This document shows, piece by piece, positions 1 to 8,591 of a stretch of 64,000 bases of DNA (position 1 is its first letter; every line of letters begins with the position of its first letter). The stretch is from Actinomycetota bacterium. Its GTDB lineage: Bacteria; Actinomycetota; Acidimicrobiia; Actinomarinales; Actinomarinaceae. The stretch lies in assembly GCA_014239265.1 (NCBI GenBank), contig JAAZZH010000003.1, positions 3,953-67,952 of the forward strand, read 5' to 3'. Made by a program: the position numbers and the translations under genes. The notes under the pieces are model-generated. The model saw nothing but the letters and a program-made list of their open reading frames with translations. It did no database searches and was not told the origin of the DNA.

Positions 1-1001
1 TAGCATTAACTATTGCTGAATGTCCAATGAGAAATCAAATTGAGACTGAGATTAAAAGAAAACTATTACTTATGGAAAATGTGGACACTGTAGAAATAGA
101 AGTATCCGCAATGAGTAAAAAAGATAGAAGCTCTGTCATGGAAAAGGCAAGGAAGAAAGCTAGAGATAATGCTCCAGAAACAAAAATTGATCCCCAAACA
201 AGAGTTATCGCTATTGGTAGTGGTAAAGGTGGGGTTGGTAAATCTACAATTTCCACAAATATTGCATTAGGTCTTGAAAAACAAGGCTATAAAACTGGAC
301 TATTAGATGCTGATATATGGGGATTTTCTATCCCCCGTCTACTAGGTATCAAAGCTCGTTTAGAGGCAGATGATGATAAAAATATAATCCCTTATAAAAA
401 AGGAAATCTTGAAGTTGTCTCTACAGGACTTATTACTGAAGATGAAGATACAGCCCTAATGTGGCGGGGATTAATGTTAAGTAAAGCACTAGAACAGTTT
501 TTAAGCGATGTCTCCTGGAGTAAGTTGGATTACTTAATTATTGACCTACCTCCAGGTACCGGAGATATACAAATGGCACTTGGAAGATTGTTGCCACAGG
601 CTGAATTAATTGTAGTAACAACTCCACAAGTAACTGCCCAAAAAGTTGCAACCAGAGTAGCTGACATGGCAAAAAGAAGTTTTATTCCACTTTTAGGAGT
701 AATTGAAAATATGTCATATTTTGAAACTAATACTGGAGAAAAGTATGAAATATTTGGCGAAGGTGGTGGCGAAAAACTTGCAGAGCAGTTTGCAATTCCT
801 CTCTTAATGAAAATTCCACTCAGTGAGGATACAACTACAGAGGCGGATAAAGGAATACCTTTAATTGAGCAGGAAAAAGATACACCCACAAAATCCTCCC
901 TCAATGAACTCGTTGATAAAATAACTTCAGCTCTACCCCCAATTGTCGATGAGACATGTACTGGTCGTATTGCAAAAGTGTTTGAAGAACTAAGTAAATA
1001 A
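1..1001 (+). CDS. mrp: Mrp/ApbC (NBP35-type) Fe-S cluster carrier ATPase, probably 5'-truncated by the window edge
   Basis: Deviant Walker A GSGKGGVGKST and DLPPGTGD signature. The frame stays open upstream of the tracked ATG (27) back to base 3 and encodes a DUF59-like piece (ALTIAECPM...VDTVEIEV). Confidence 0.85.
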   Translation, partial: ALTIAECPMRNQIETEIKRKLLLMENVDTVEIEVSAMSKKDRSSVMEKARKKARDNAPETKIDPQTRVIAIGSGKGGVGKSTISTNIALGLEKQGYKTGLLDADIWGFSIPRLLGIKARLEADDDKNIIPYKKGNLEVVSTGLITEDEDTALMWRGLMLSKALEQFLSDVSWSKLDYLIIDLPPGTGDIQMALGRLLPQAELIVVTTPQVTAQKVATRVADMAKRSFIPLLGVIENMSYFETNTGEKYEIFGEGGGEKLAEQFAIPLLMKIPLSEDTTTEADKGIPLIEQEKDTPTKSSLNELVDKITSALPPIVDETCTGRIAKVFEELSK

Positions 1002-1006
1002 GCTGT

Positions 1007-2302
1007 ATGGAAAATATATCTGTAAATGCTTTAGTAGATTCATATGAAAATCATCTACCGAGAGAGATACAATTAGAAATCGCAAAAAGTATCCTTGCTG
1101 AATCTTTTGGTAAAACTGAAGCTTTGCAAGAGTTTGCTAAAAAAATAGATAGCTTTTCATTAAGTCGTCAAAAAAGAGTCATCAACTGTACTGGTACATT
1201 GTTACATACGAACCTTGGTAGAGCTCAAAGCAGGATGTCTTTTAGTGGACATGCAACAAATGTGGAGTATGATCTAGAAAAACAAGAACGTGGCATCCGT
1301 AACAATTATTTAACTTCAAGCATGAACATACTTCTTAACTCTGAAGATGTTTGTTTTGTGAATAATAATGCATCATCATTATTTCTTACTCTTCAAGCTC
1401 TAAAGAAAGAAAATAAAATAGAGGCAGTAATCATCTCAAGAGGTGAAATAATTGAAATTGGAGGATCCTATAGGCTTCCAGAAATTATTCAAGAGACGGG
1501 TATGAAATTAGTTGAAGTTGGTACAACAAATAAGACTCATCCAAAAGACTACAAAAAAGCCCTCAAAGAAAATCCGAATTCTCTTGTTTTAAAAGTTCAT
1601 AGATCCAATTTTTCTCTCTCGGGATTTGTGGAGGAAGTTTCTATTAAGGAATTAAAAACCATTGCTGATGAATTTAATGTCTTGTTAATTCATGATTTAG
1701 GGAGTGGATTAGTTATAGACAGAAAATTTTTAGAAATGCAAAATATTTCTTACTTCGACAAAGAGATAAGCGTTCAAGAGTCTCTAGAAGATGGATCAGA
1801 TATAGTCATGTTTTCTGGAGATAAATTATTTGGTTCAATACAATCTGGAATAATCGCTGGTTCAGAAGATATCATTACAAAAATTAAAAAATATCCACTA
1901 TTTAGAACATTTCGGTGCTCTCCAGTTGTAACTTATGAGCTTCAAAAAACTACAGAACTCTACTTGTCCAAGGAGGAAAAAAGTATACCTTTTTGGTTAT
2001 TTTTGAGTACATCTAGACAAGAGTTGGATGAACGAGTTCAAAATGTTTCAAAACAAATATCCCTCGAACATTCTATTATTGAAGACTTTTCACTTATTGG
2101 TGGTGGAAGCATGCCTGATGTAAAAATTTCATCTTCTGTGATTTCAGTTAATGATAAAGAGTATGGGGAAGCTCAGAATATGTTGTCAAAACTAGATATA
2201 CCAATCGTTCCTAGAACTAAAGACAATAACTTAATCTTTGATTTAAGATCTTCATTTGTTGAAGATGATACCCATATCATTAATGCGCTAAATAATCTAT
2301 GA
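1007..2302 (+). CDS. selA: L-seryl-tRNA(Sec) selenium transferase (selenocysteine synthase)
   Basis: RVINCTGTLLHTNLGRA and FSGDKLFGSIQSGII (PLP-lysine) motifs typical of SelA. Lies 5 nt after mrp and shares an ATGA overlap with selB. Confidence 0.85.
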   Translation: MENISVNALVDSYENHLPREIQLEIAKSILAESFGKTEALQEFAKKIDSFSLSRQKRVINCTGTLLHTNLGRAQSRMSFSGHATNVEYDLEKQERGIRNNYLTSSMNILLNSEDVCFVNNNASSLFLTLQALKKENKIEAVIISRGEIIEIGGSYRLPEIIQETGMKLVEVGTTNKTHPKDYKKALKENPNSLVLKVHRSNFSLSGFVEEVSIKELKTIADEFNVLLIHDLGSGLVIDRKFLEMQNISYFDKEISVQESLEDGSDIVMFSGDKLFGSIQSGIIAGSEDIITKIKKYPLFRTFRCSPVVTYELQKTTELYLSKEEKSIPFWLFLSTSRQELDERVQNVSKQISLEHSIIEDFSLIGGGSMPDVKISSSVISVNDKEYGEAQNMLSKLDIPIVPRTKDNNLIFDLRSSFVEDDTHIINALNNL

Positions 2303-3969
2303 CGGTAATAGCCACAGCAGGACATGTTGATCATGGAAAATCAACTCTAGTAAATTTTCTAACTGGACAAGAGACTGATAAACTAGCTGAAGAAAGAAGT
2401 CGTGGCTTAACAATAAATCTTGGATATACATTCTATGAGTATGCAGATCAAATAATCTCCATCGTTGACGTACCGGGGCACAGGGATTTCTTTAAAAACA
2501 CTGTTGCAGGTTTTTCAAATGCCGATGCGGTACTATTCGTCATCGACAGTACTCAAGGTTGGTCTGAACAGTCTGAGCAACACTTTAATGCTTTGATTGG
2601 GTTATCAAAATTGAACATCCTGTTCATCTTTACAAAATTAGATATGAAAGAATCAAATGTTGATGAACAATGGTTAATTGATAAAGTATCAAACATAAAG
2701 GACTTAAATTATAAGATTCTTAAATTTAATAAAAACTCAACAGATAAAGTCTCATTTATCGAAGATATACAAACATTTGTATCAACATGCACTAATGAGT
2801 ATTCATCTTTTTGGATTGATAGAAGTTTTTTAATTGATGGAATTGGTCGGATAGTAACGGGAACTGTTGGTTCAGGTTTTTCTCTTAGTGGTCCATTTAT
2901 TACTACAAGTGGTGAAAAACTAGAAGTAAAGAGTATTGAAAGCGTAAATAAAGAATACACTCAAGAAACTGGCTCACAACGAGTGGCTGTCTCTCTTAAA
3001 AAATCTAGTGGGGTAATACCTAAAAGAGGAGACTTATTATCAAATACTGTGTTGGCTGAATCTATTCACATTTTTATAAAACTAGATACTGAGAGTTCCA
3101 ACGAGATCAGAAATAATACCTTAAAGTTATTTGCTGGAACTTCTAATCATCTAGTTGAAAAAATCTGTCCTCTAAGGATTGGTAAGGAGACTTATGCTAT
3201 CGCAAAGTTAAGTAAACCTGCTGTCCTGCCGATGAAAGAAAAGATGGTACTACATAATATAGATATGGATTCCTTCATTGCCTGTGAATTTATGATGCCA
3301 ATTAATAATAAAAATCTTATAAAACATCTGATTAGAGAATCCAAAAAAAAAGCTTCTTACAATACCCTATATGACTTACTTTATTTTCTACCTTTTAAAT
3401 ATAGTGATCACTCGCTAAGGATTGGACAAATGTTTACTGATGAAGCTAATTTAAATCTGTTAAATCAGAATATAAAAGATAATGCAGAAAACATAAACAA
3501 ATTTGGTATCAAAAAATATCTACACGAAAAATTCTATATTGAAGAAGGAAATGTTCAATATCTCTTTGATGCATTTGATGATATATCTGTTAAAGAAAAT
3601 CAAATTAAGCTAAATAGTGATAATACAGAAGAGGACAAAAAAATACTTAAGCTAATTTCTAAAGAACTTGGTAGCGAATTAAAGGTTCCAGATATAAATC
3701 TTCAAAAATTTGATAGGGAGATTGTCAAAAATCTATTCTTAGAAGATAAGTTGATTAGAATTTCAAAGAATATTCTCTACACGGATAACCATTTTAAAGA
3801 ACTACTCAAAATTATTGACCAGCTACCAACAACATTTACTATTGCTGAATTTAAATCACTCAGTGGACTTTCTAGGAAATACACAATTCCAATATTGGAA
3901 ATTCTAGATAGTAAACAGATTATAAAAAAGATAGATTCTGAAGGAACACGGGAAAAACTAATCAGCTAA
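2299..3969 (+). CDS. selB: Selenocysteine-specific elongation factor
   Basis: N-terminal translational GTPase motifs (AGHVDHGKSTL, DVPGH, TKLD) plus a long C-terminal extension as in the SelB SECIS-binding region. Translationally coupled to selA. Confidence 0.85.
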   Translation: MTVIATAGHVDHGKSTLVNFLTGQETDKLAEERSRGLTINLGYTFYEYADQIISIVDVPGHRDFFKNTVAGFSNADAVLFVIDSTQGWSEQSEQHFNALIGLSKLNILFIFTKLDMKESNVDEQWLIDKVSNIKDLNYKILKFNKNSTDKVSFIEDIQTFVSTCTNEYSSFWIDRSFLIDGIGRIVTGTVGSGFSLSGPFITTSGEKLEVKSIESVNKEYTQETGSQRVAVSLKKSSGVIPKRGDLLSNTVLAESIHIFIKLDTESSNEIRNNTLKLFAGTSNHLVEKICPLRIGKETYAIAKLSKPAVLPMKEKMVLHNIDMDSFIACEFMMPINNKNLIKHLIRESKKKASYNTLYDLLYFLPFKYSDHSLRIGQMFTDEANLNLLNQNIKDNAENINKFGIKKYLHEKFYIEEGNVQYLFDAFDDISVKENQIKLNSDNTEEDKKILKLISKELGSELKVPDINLQKFDREIVKNLFLEDKLIRISKNILYTDNHFKELLKIIDQLPTTFTIAEFKSLSGLSRKYTIPILEILDSKQIIKKIDSEGTREKLIS

Positions 3970-4215
3970 TACTAAGTTTCTCTTTCTTTCAACTTCATTC
4001 ATGCCACCCCAGACGCCAAATGGTTCTGAAATTTCGTACGCTTCTTCTAGACATTCAAATCTTACAGGGCATCCATTACATACTGATTTTGCTTTTACTT
4101 CTCTTTTTTCTCTATCCTCTTTTTTTTCAAATGTAGCAGGTGGGAAGAAAAGATTACTGCTGTGTTGTCTACAAAGTGCATCGTACTGCCATGTCGAAGT
4201 GTTTATTTGTAACAT
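3958..4215 (-). CDS. whiB: WhiB-family Fe-S transcriptional regulator
   Basis: Four-Cys pattern C15...C46-x2-C49-x5-C55 (CNGCPVRFEC), a GVWGG turn and a basic C-terminal tail. Confidence 0.85.
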   Translation of the reverse strand: MLQINTSTWQYDALCRQHSSNLFFPPATFEKKEDREKREVKAKSVCNGCPVRFECLEEAYEISEPFGVWGGMNEVERKRNLVLAD

Positions 4216-4221
4216 ACATAG

Positions 4222-4249
4222 ACAATATTTAAGAAACTAGAAATGGCAA
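4222..4249 (-). promoter_or_regulatory. Candidate whiB promoter (TTGCCA-16 nt-TATTGT) predicting a leaderless transcript
   Basis: -35 at 4249-4244 and -10 at 4227-4222 on the minus strand. The A of the whiB ATG (4215) lies 7 nt past the -10, and there is no SD. Confidence 0.3.
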
Positions 4250-4274
4250 AAGGTTTTTTTCGCGAAGTTTTGGT

Positions 4275-5432
4275 CTATATTGTCAGATTTCCGTCATTCT
4301 CTTGAATTTTATACGACTGGCCTTCGGTATATTTTACCTCCGAGTCAGATTCTACTCTGATCTGTTTTTCATCAACACTTACTAAAACTGCACTACCATC
4401 GAGCTGTTTAATAAAAATTGCCTCTGCGTCTACATAAGAAGTCATTGCGCTTGTATCTGTTGTTAGGCGAGAGCGTATAACTGTCGGGATGGCTACAAAG
4501 TAAAAGAATGCCAAACCGATTGATATAAAACCTAATAGGAACTTATTCACATTGATGACATAATCACTAAACATAACAATTGAGGAGACGACAAGAATGC
4601 CAAATGCCACGACTCCTAAAACTGAAAAATATCCCCTTGAAAGAATTTTTATATATATTAAGTAAGCTATGAGGAATATTGCAATTCCGATATAGCTAAT
4701 CCCAAACTCCTGAAATGGTAGAGACGAGACTATGACTAAGAGACCTCCAATGAAGGCCATTATTCCTGGACCAATGGCAAACAATTCAAGGCCAATTAAA
4801 GCAAAACCTAAAACAAAAAACATATAGGTGAATATTGGTTCTGAAATTGAAATATAGAATCTCTCCATTAGCGAAGGTTTTAGAAAATTAATTGCTTCGA
4901 ACGTGTCTTCTTTAATTGAAAGCTGTACATCATTAGAAAAACTTTCTGAATTATTTATATTTTCTAGAAATGCTCCTATGGAGCCAACAACTAGATAATC
5001 GTTGAAAATTCCCTCCTCGTCTACAATTGTTATTTTTTTTTCTGAAATGTCACAGGTGTGCAGAGAGCAAAATTTATCTTCTAACTCAGTTGTGAATGGA
5101 ACATTAATTATTTCAGTTCCCGGAACATAGCCGAGTATGTCAAATCCAGATGTAATTGCATAGTCTATTTCAATCGAATATGGACCAACCCACATCGCTT
5201 TGACGAAATCTTTATCTGTAATAAGCTCCTCGAAATCAGATACAGCTTTCTCGCTATATTTTGTAGAACTATATTGAATTACTAGTAGGTCATTTTGAGT
5301 GTATTGAGTTTCTTCAATATGTCGTTCAATTGAACGTACATGAGCTGAAGAAAAAACTCCATCAATCTCAAATATATTTAACTGACTTACGCTAATTACT
5401 AGAAGCGCAATTGAAGATAGTATATTAATCAT
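4275..5432 (-). CDS. NfeD-like membrane protein (degenerate N-domain, multi-TM core, C-terminal OB-like tail)
   Basis: Signal/TM segment, a soluble N-domain, about 5 hydrophobic helices, and the tail DGSAVLVSVDEKQIRVESD...YKIQENDGNLTI resembling the NfeD C-terminus. No clear catalytic Ser. Confidence 0.4.
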   Translation of the reverse strand: MINILSSIALLVISVSQLNIFEIDGVFSSAHVRSIERHIEETQYTQNDLLVIQYSSTKYSEKAVSDFEELITDKDFVKAMWVGPYSIEIDYAITSGFDILGYVPGTEIINVPFTTELEDKFCSLHTCDISEKKITIVDEEGIFNDYLVVGSIGAFLENINNSESFSNDVQLSIKEDTFEAINFLKPSLMERFYISISEPIFTYMFFVLGFALIGLELFAIGPGIMAFIGGLLVIVSSLPFQEFGISYIGIAIFLIAYLIYIKILSRGYFSVLGVVAFGILVVSSIVMFSDYVINVNKFLLGFISIGLAFFYFVAIPTVIRSRLTTDTSAMTSYVDAEAIFIKQLDGSAVLVSVDEKQIRVESDSEVKYTEGQSYKIQENDGNLTI

Positions 5433-5476
5433 TCTTCTTCCATTTTAAAATTACAGGGTACTATTCTTTTAAAATT

Positions 5477-5803
5477 GTGAAGATTTTTATAATAAGTGAT
5501 AATAACTGGGTCAAAGAATCCGTAGAAAAATATCTCGATTTTGAGAGCATTATTAATACAAGTTCAGAGATTGAAGATGTAAATGATGTTTATGACTACA
5601 TTTTTGTTGATATGCAGGTTAAAAGTAATGGTGGCCCTTCACTTATTAGGGAGCTAAAGAGAAATGATCTCACGGATAATTCGAAATTTATCTTACTCGC
5701 TGATAGAGAAGCAGATGAGTTTCAAGCCAAGAGAGTCGGAGCAGATTATTTTATTGTTAAACCAATATCAAAAGCCGCTATGAACCAAGTTTTTAGTAGT
5801 TAA
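5477..5803 (+). CDS. Stand-alone CheY-like receiver domain protein (GTG start)
   Basis: IFIISDNN ... YIFVDMQV..NGGPSLIRELK ... FIVKPIS matches the acidic pocket, phospho-Asp and conserved Lys positions of REC domains. No output domain and no kinase nearby. Confidence 0.5.
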   Translation: MKIFIISDNNWVKESVEKYLDFESIINTSSEIEDVNDVYDYIFVDMQVKSNGGPSLIRELKRNDLTDNSKFILLADREADEFQAKRVGADYFIVKPISKAAMNQVFSS

Positions 5804-6362
5804 TAGTCTTTTTTAGTCTTGTAAAAAATTCTTTTTCATACTCACTAAATTCCCTTGAGGTTAGGTCATAAACAAAAAATCTATTCAATAAAACAGCAAA
5901 TTCTAATGAAAGTGTTTTTGCTGTTTCCATATCCTTAATTCCAACCTCCAGGAGAAGCTTTGAAAGTACTTTATTTTGAAATAACTTAAATCTAGCTTTG
6001 TAATTTACAATAAAGTACTGCGAATAGAGATTTAAACATAAAATTTTGTTTTCTTTCATAAGTTTTATATAAATTTCATAAAAATAAACAACCTTTGCTT
6101 TAGGATCATCTGGTTCATTCTTATTAAATTCGTTAAGAACATAATTTCTTAAATAAACTAAAAGATCATAGTAAAAATGCTCTGGGCTACTGTTGAAATG
6201 GTTATAAATGCTTGTTTTCGAGACTTTGGTGTATTCGGCTAGTGAGTTTAGAGATAAACTAGAAATAGGCTTTGTGCTTAACAATTTGATTCCAGCTTTT
6301 AAAAGCTCTTCATGAACTTCATCATATTTTTGTTGAGCCCTTACAACTCTTTCATCTACCAA
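5793..6362 (-). CDS. TetR-family transcriptional regulator
   Basis: N-terminal HTH SLNSLAEYTKVSKTSIYNHFNS typical of TetR_N. About 190 aa, all-helical. Confidence 0.7.
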   Translation of the reverse strand: MVDERVVRAQQKYDEVHEELLKAGIKLLSTKPISSLSLNSLAEYTKVSKTSIYNHFNSSPEHFYYDLLVYLRNYVLNEFNKNEPDDPKAKVVYFYEIYIKLMKENKILCLNLYSQYFIVNYKARFKLFQNKVLSKLLLEVGIKDMETAKTLSLEFAVLLNRFFVYDLTSREFSEYEKEFFTRLKKTINY

Positions 6363-6473
6363 TATTTCCCCCTTTTTAGGTTACTTTGAAAATTTTAAAA
6401 CACAAAATTATTACTTGAAATTAAAAAAATCCTCCCTATTTAAACAAATATGCTTTAAAATTCAATATATAAA

Positions 6474-7730
6474 TTGAGTACAAACTTAGACATCATTTTT
6501 TACATACTAATATTTGTCTGTTTAGTGTTTTCTGCGCTACTTTCTGGGTCAGAAACAGCTATAACCTCTGTTCCTAGAGAAAAAATTCATCAACTTGATG
6601 ACTCTAGAAAAAATAAAAGAATAAAGAGAGCAAAAGATGATATCGAAAAAACAATAGGTGGTATTTTAGTCGCCAACAACTTTGTTAATATTTTGATGGC
6701 ATCATTAGCAACTATTCTTTTTGTCAGAAGCTTTGGTGAAAGTACTGGCAGTATTTTAGCAACACTCTTTATTACTATTCTTGTATTAATTTTTGGTGAA
6801 GTTACGCCTAAGACCATTGCAACAAGAAAGCCTGTCGAGTTTCTTTCTAGAACTTCATTATTGATTGATTATCTTGCAAGAATTTTTGCACCTTTTACGA
6901 ATCTAATAACAAACTCTATAAATAGGTATACGTCAAAGAGTGTTGGGGATATGGATGGTGATGGAGAGATAACTGAAGCTGACATTCAGGCTCTAACTGC
7001 TCTTGGAGAACAAGAAGGACAAATTTTACCTGCAGAAAGAGAAATCATTGACTCTCTTTTAGAATTCTCTGACAGGCCCATTAAGGAAATCATGACTCCT
7101 CGTGTTGATGTTTTATTTGTTTCGCTTCCCCTTTCAATGAAAGCTGTAACAGAGATTGTGGATGAAAAAAGAATTTCTAGAGTTCCAGTATCTAAAACTG
7201 AATCATTAGATGACACATTTGGTGTCGTTTATGTCAAAGATTTACTCAACTTAACTGCACCGACAGAAAGTGTAGAGATTGAAAGTTTAATCAAAGATGC
7301 TATTTATTTGCCTGAATATACAACAGTCCTTTCTGCATTAAATATCCTCAGAGAAAACAAATCAAGTTTTGCATGTGTGATTGATGAAAATGGTGGTATT
7401 GAAGGCGTTGTAACTATAAAAGATGTCCTTTCAGAGTTTGTGGGTGATCTTCCAGATGAACATGATCAAAGATTCTCCGGAATCAGAAGACTTGGTCCAG
7501 GCCAGTGGCGCATTGACGGGAAGACCGACATCGATGATTTTGAGGAATTTTTTGGTCTTGAGGAAAATGATAAAGATGTTGCTACTGTTGGGGGGTTATA
7601 TCTTAGCCACAGTGAACAGCTTCCATCAGAGGGTGAAAAAATTACAATCAACGGACTTGAGATAACTGTTGTGGAATTGGACAGTAGAAGAATTGAATCT
7701 GTTGTTGTTAAAAAAATAGCAAAGAAATAA
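6474..7730 (+). CDS. CNNM/DUF21-CBS-CorC_HlyC family transporter-associated protein (TlyC/CorC-like)
   Basis: N-terminal 4-TM DUF21 (SGSETAITS), a central CBS pair (IMTPR..., VIDENGGIEGVVTIKDV) and a C-terminal CorC_HlyC domain. Confidence 0.8.
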   Translation: MSTNLDIIFYILIFVCLVFSALLSGSETAITSVPREKIHQLDDSRKNKRIKRAKDDIEKTIGGILVANNFVNILMASLATILFVRSFGESTGSILATLFITILVLIFGEVTPKTIATRKPVEFLSRTSLLIDYLARIFAPFTNLITNSINRYTSKSVGDMDGDGEITEADIQALTALGEQEGQILPAEREIIDSLLEFSDRPIKEIMTPRVDVLFVSLPLSMKAVTEIVDEKRISRVPVSKTESLDDTFGVVYVKDLLNLTAPTESVEIESLIKDAIYLPEYTTVLSALNILRENKSSFACVIDENGGIEGVVTIKDVLSEFVGDLPDEHDQRFSGIRRLGPGQWRIDGKTDIDDFEEFFGLEENDKDVATVGGLYLSHSEQLPSEGEKITINGLEITVVELDSRRIESVVVKKIAKK

Positions 7731-7757
7731 TAAATTAAAATCCACTAAAGTTTAAGT

Positions 7758-8039
7758 ATGAGAGAATTATACGCACTTATCCCACTTCTTGGCGGATGGT
7801 TAGTATACGGCCTAATAGCTTCATTATTTCTCAAAAGAGCAAGCAGCAGGGATTACTTGCTACTTATAACCTCAGGCCTCTTGGGGGGACTCATAGGGGG
7901 TTCCATTGGTGCTGGAATGGATATTCCTCAAAATCTATGGTGGATGCGTGAATTACTGAAAATTGGAGTCACAATAGTTGCAATGTATACAATTCAGATA
8001 ATCAGACTACAAGTCTATAACTTCAGAAATAAAACTTAA
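7758..8039 (+). CDS. Small Gly-rich membrane protein (GlsB/YeaQ/YmgE-like)
   Basis: Three predicted TM segments with the GGLIGGSIGAG motif. Confidence 0.4.
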   Translation: MRELYALIPLLGGWLVYGLIASLFLKRASSRDYLLLITSGLLGGLIGGSIGAGMDIPQNLWWMRELLKIGVTIVAMYTIQIIRLQVYNFRNKT

Positions 8040-8314
8040 TTCTTAGGAACTCTTGCTGCTTTTAGAAGATTTCCATTTTCGTCAATAAGCCCGTATCTTT
8101 TTGATAAAAGTTTTGTATTAAAGGCGAATAAATTTTTTCTCCATGTCGCAATATATCCATGTCCGCCAGCTTCATCGAGCTTAGCAAATGCACTGTCTAG
8201 ATCTTTTGTTGACTCTGCAACAACCACAGGTAGTGATTCATATGTTGCGTCATAATCTTCAGAGGATTCTATTTTTGAGGAAAGTAGTAATGTGTCAAGA
8301 AGTGGATTACTCAT
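8036..8314 (-). CDS. Hypothetical protein, last gene of the mannitol operon
   Basis: 92-aa ORF whose start overlaps the ptsH stop by 8 nt. I recognise no family. Confidence 0.4.
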   Translation of the reverse strand: MSNPLLDTLLLSSKIESSEDYDATYESLPVVVAESTKDLDSAFAKLDEAGGHGYIATWRKNLFAFNTKLLSKRYGLIDENGNLLKAARVPKN

Positions 8315-8591
8315 TATCTAATAACTCCTCAAATTTAGATAAAAATATGTCTTCATCTTCACCGTCTAAAGTTAAAGTAAAAGGTTTGTCTTTTGCGATT
8401 CCTAAGCTCAAAATTCCAATCATACTTTTCCCATCCTTTTCAACAAGTTCTTCCTCTCCTGTTTGGGGGTTTTTTTTATTAAACTTTACTGTGACTGTTC
8501 CATTAAACTCTTGGGCGATTTTAACAAATAAGCTTGCAGGTCGTGCATGTAAACCTACCTCATCTGTAACAACTAATTCTTTCTCTAACAT
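8307..8591 (-). CDS. ptsH: Phosphocarrier protein HPr
   Basis: Active-site GLHARPAS (His15) and GKSMIGILSLG (Ser46 region). Abuts the mtlD stop with a 0-nt spacer. Confidence 0.85.
   Translation of the reverse strand: MLEKELVVTDEVGLHARPASLFVKIAQEFNGTVTVKFNKKNPQTGEEELVEKDGKSMIGILSLGIAKDKPFTLTLDGEDEDIFLSKFEELLDNE

Noticed and set aside
35-904. Track ORFs antisense to or overlapping well-supported genes. Examples: 35-256, 530-904, 2709-2960, 4001-4240, 6590-6817, 8188-8616, 10494-10727, 10515-10778, 10992-11351, 13346-13588, 15444-15818, 18403-18678, 22621-22896, 33107-33414, 38757-39038, 44647-44913, 46001-46225, 56491-56739.
   Set aside because: They lie entirely within, and opposite or out of frame to, ORFs with clear family motifs. 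They have low-complexity or Ser/Leu/Ile-rich translations typical of shadow ORFs in AT-rich DNA, and no start-site signals.
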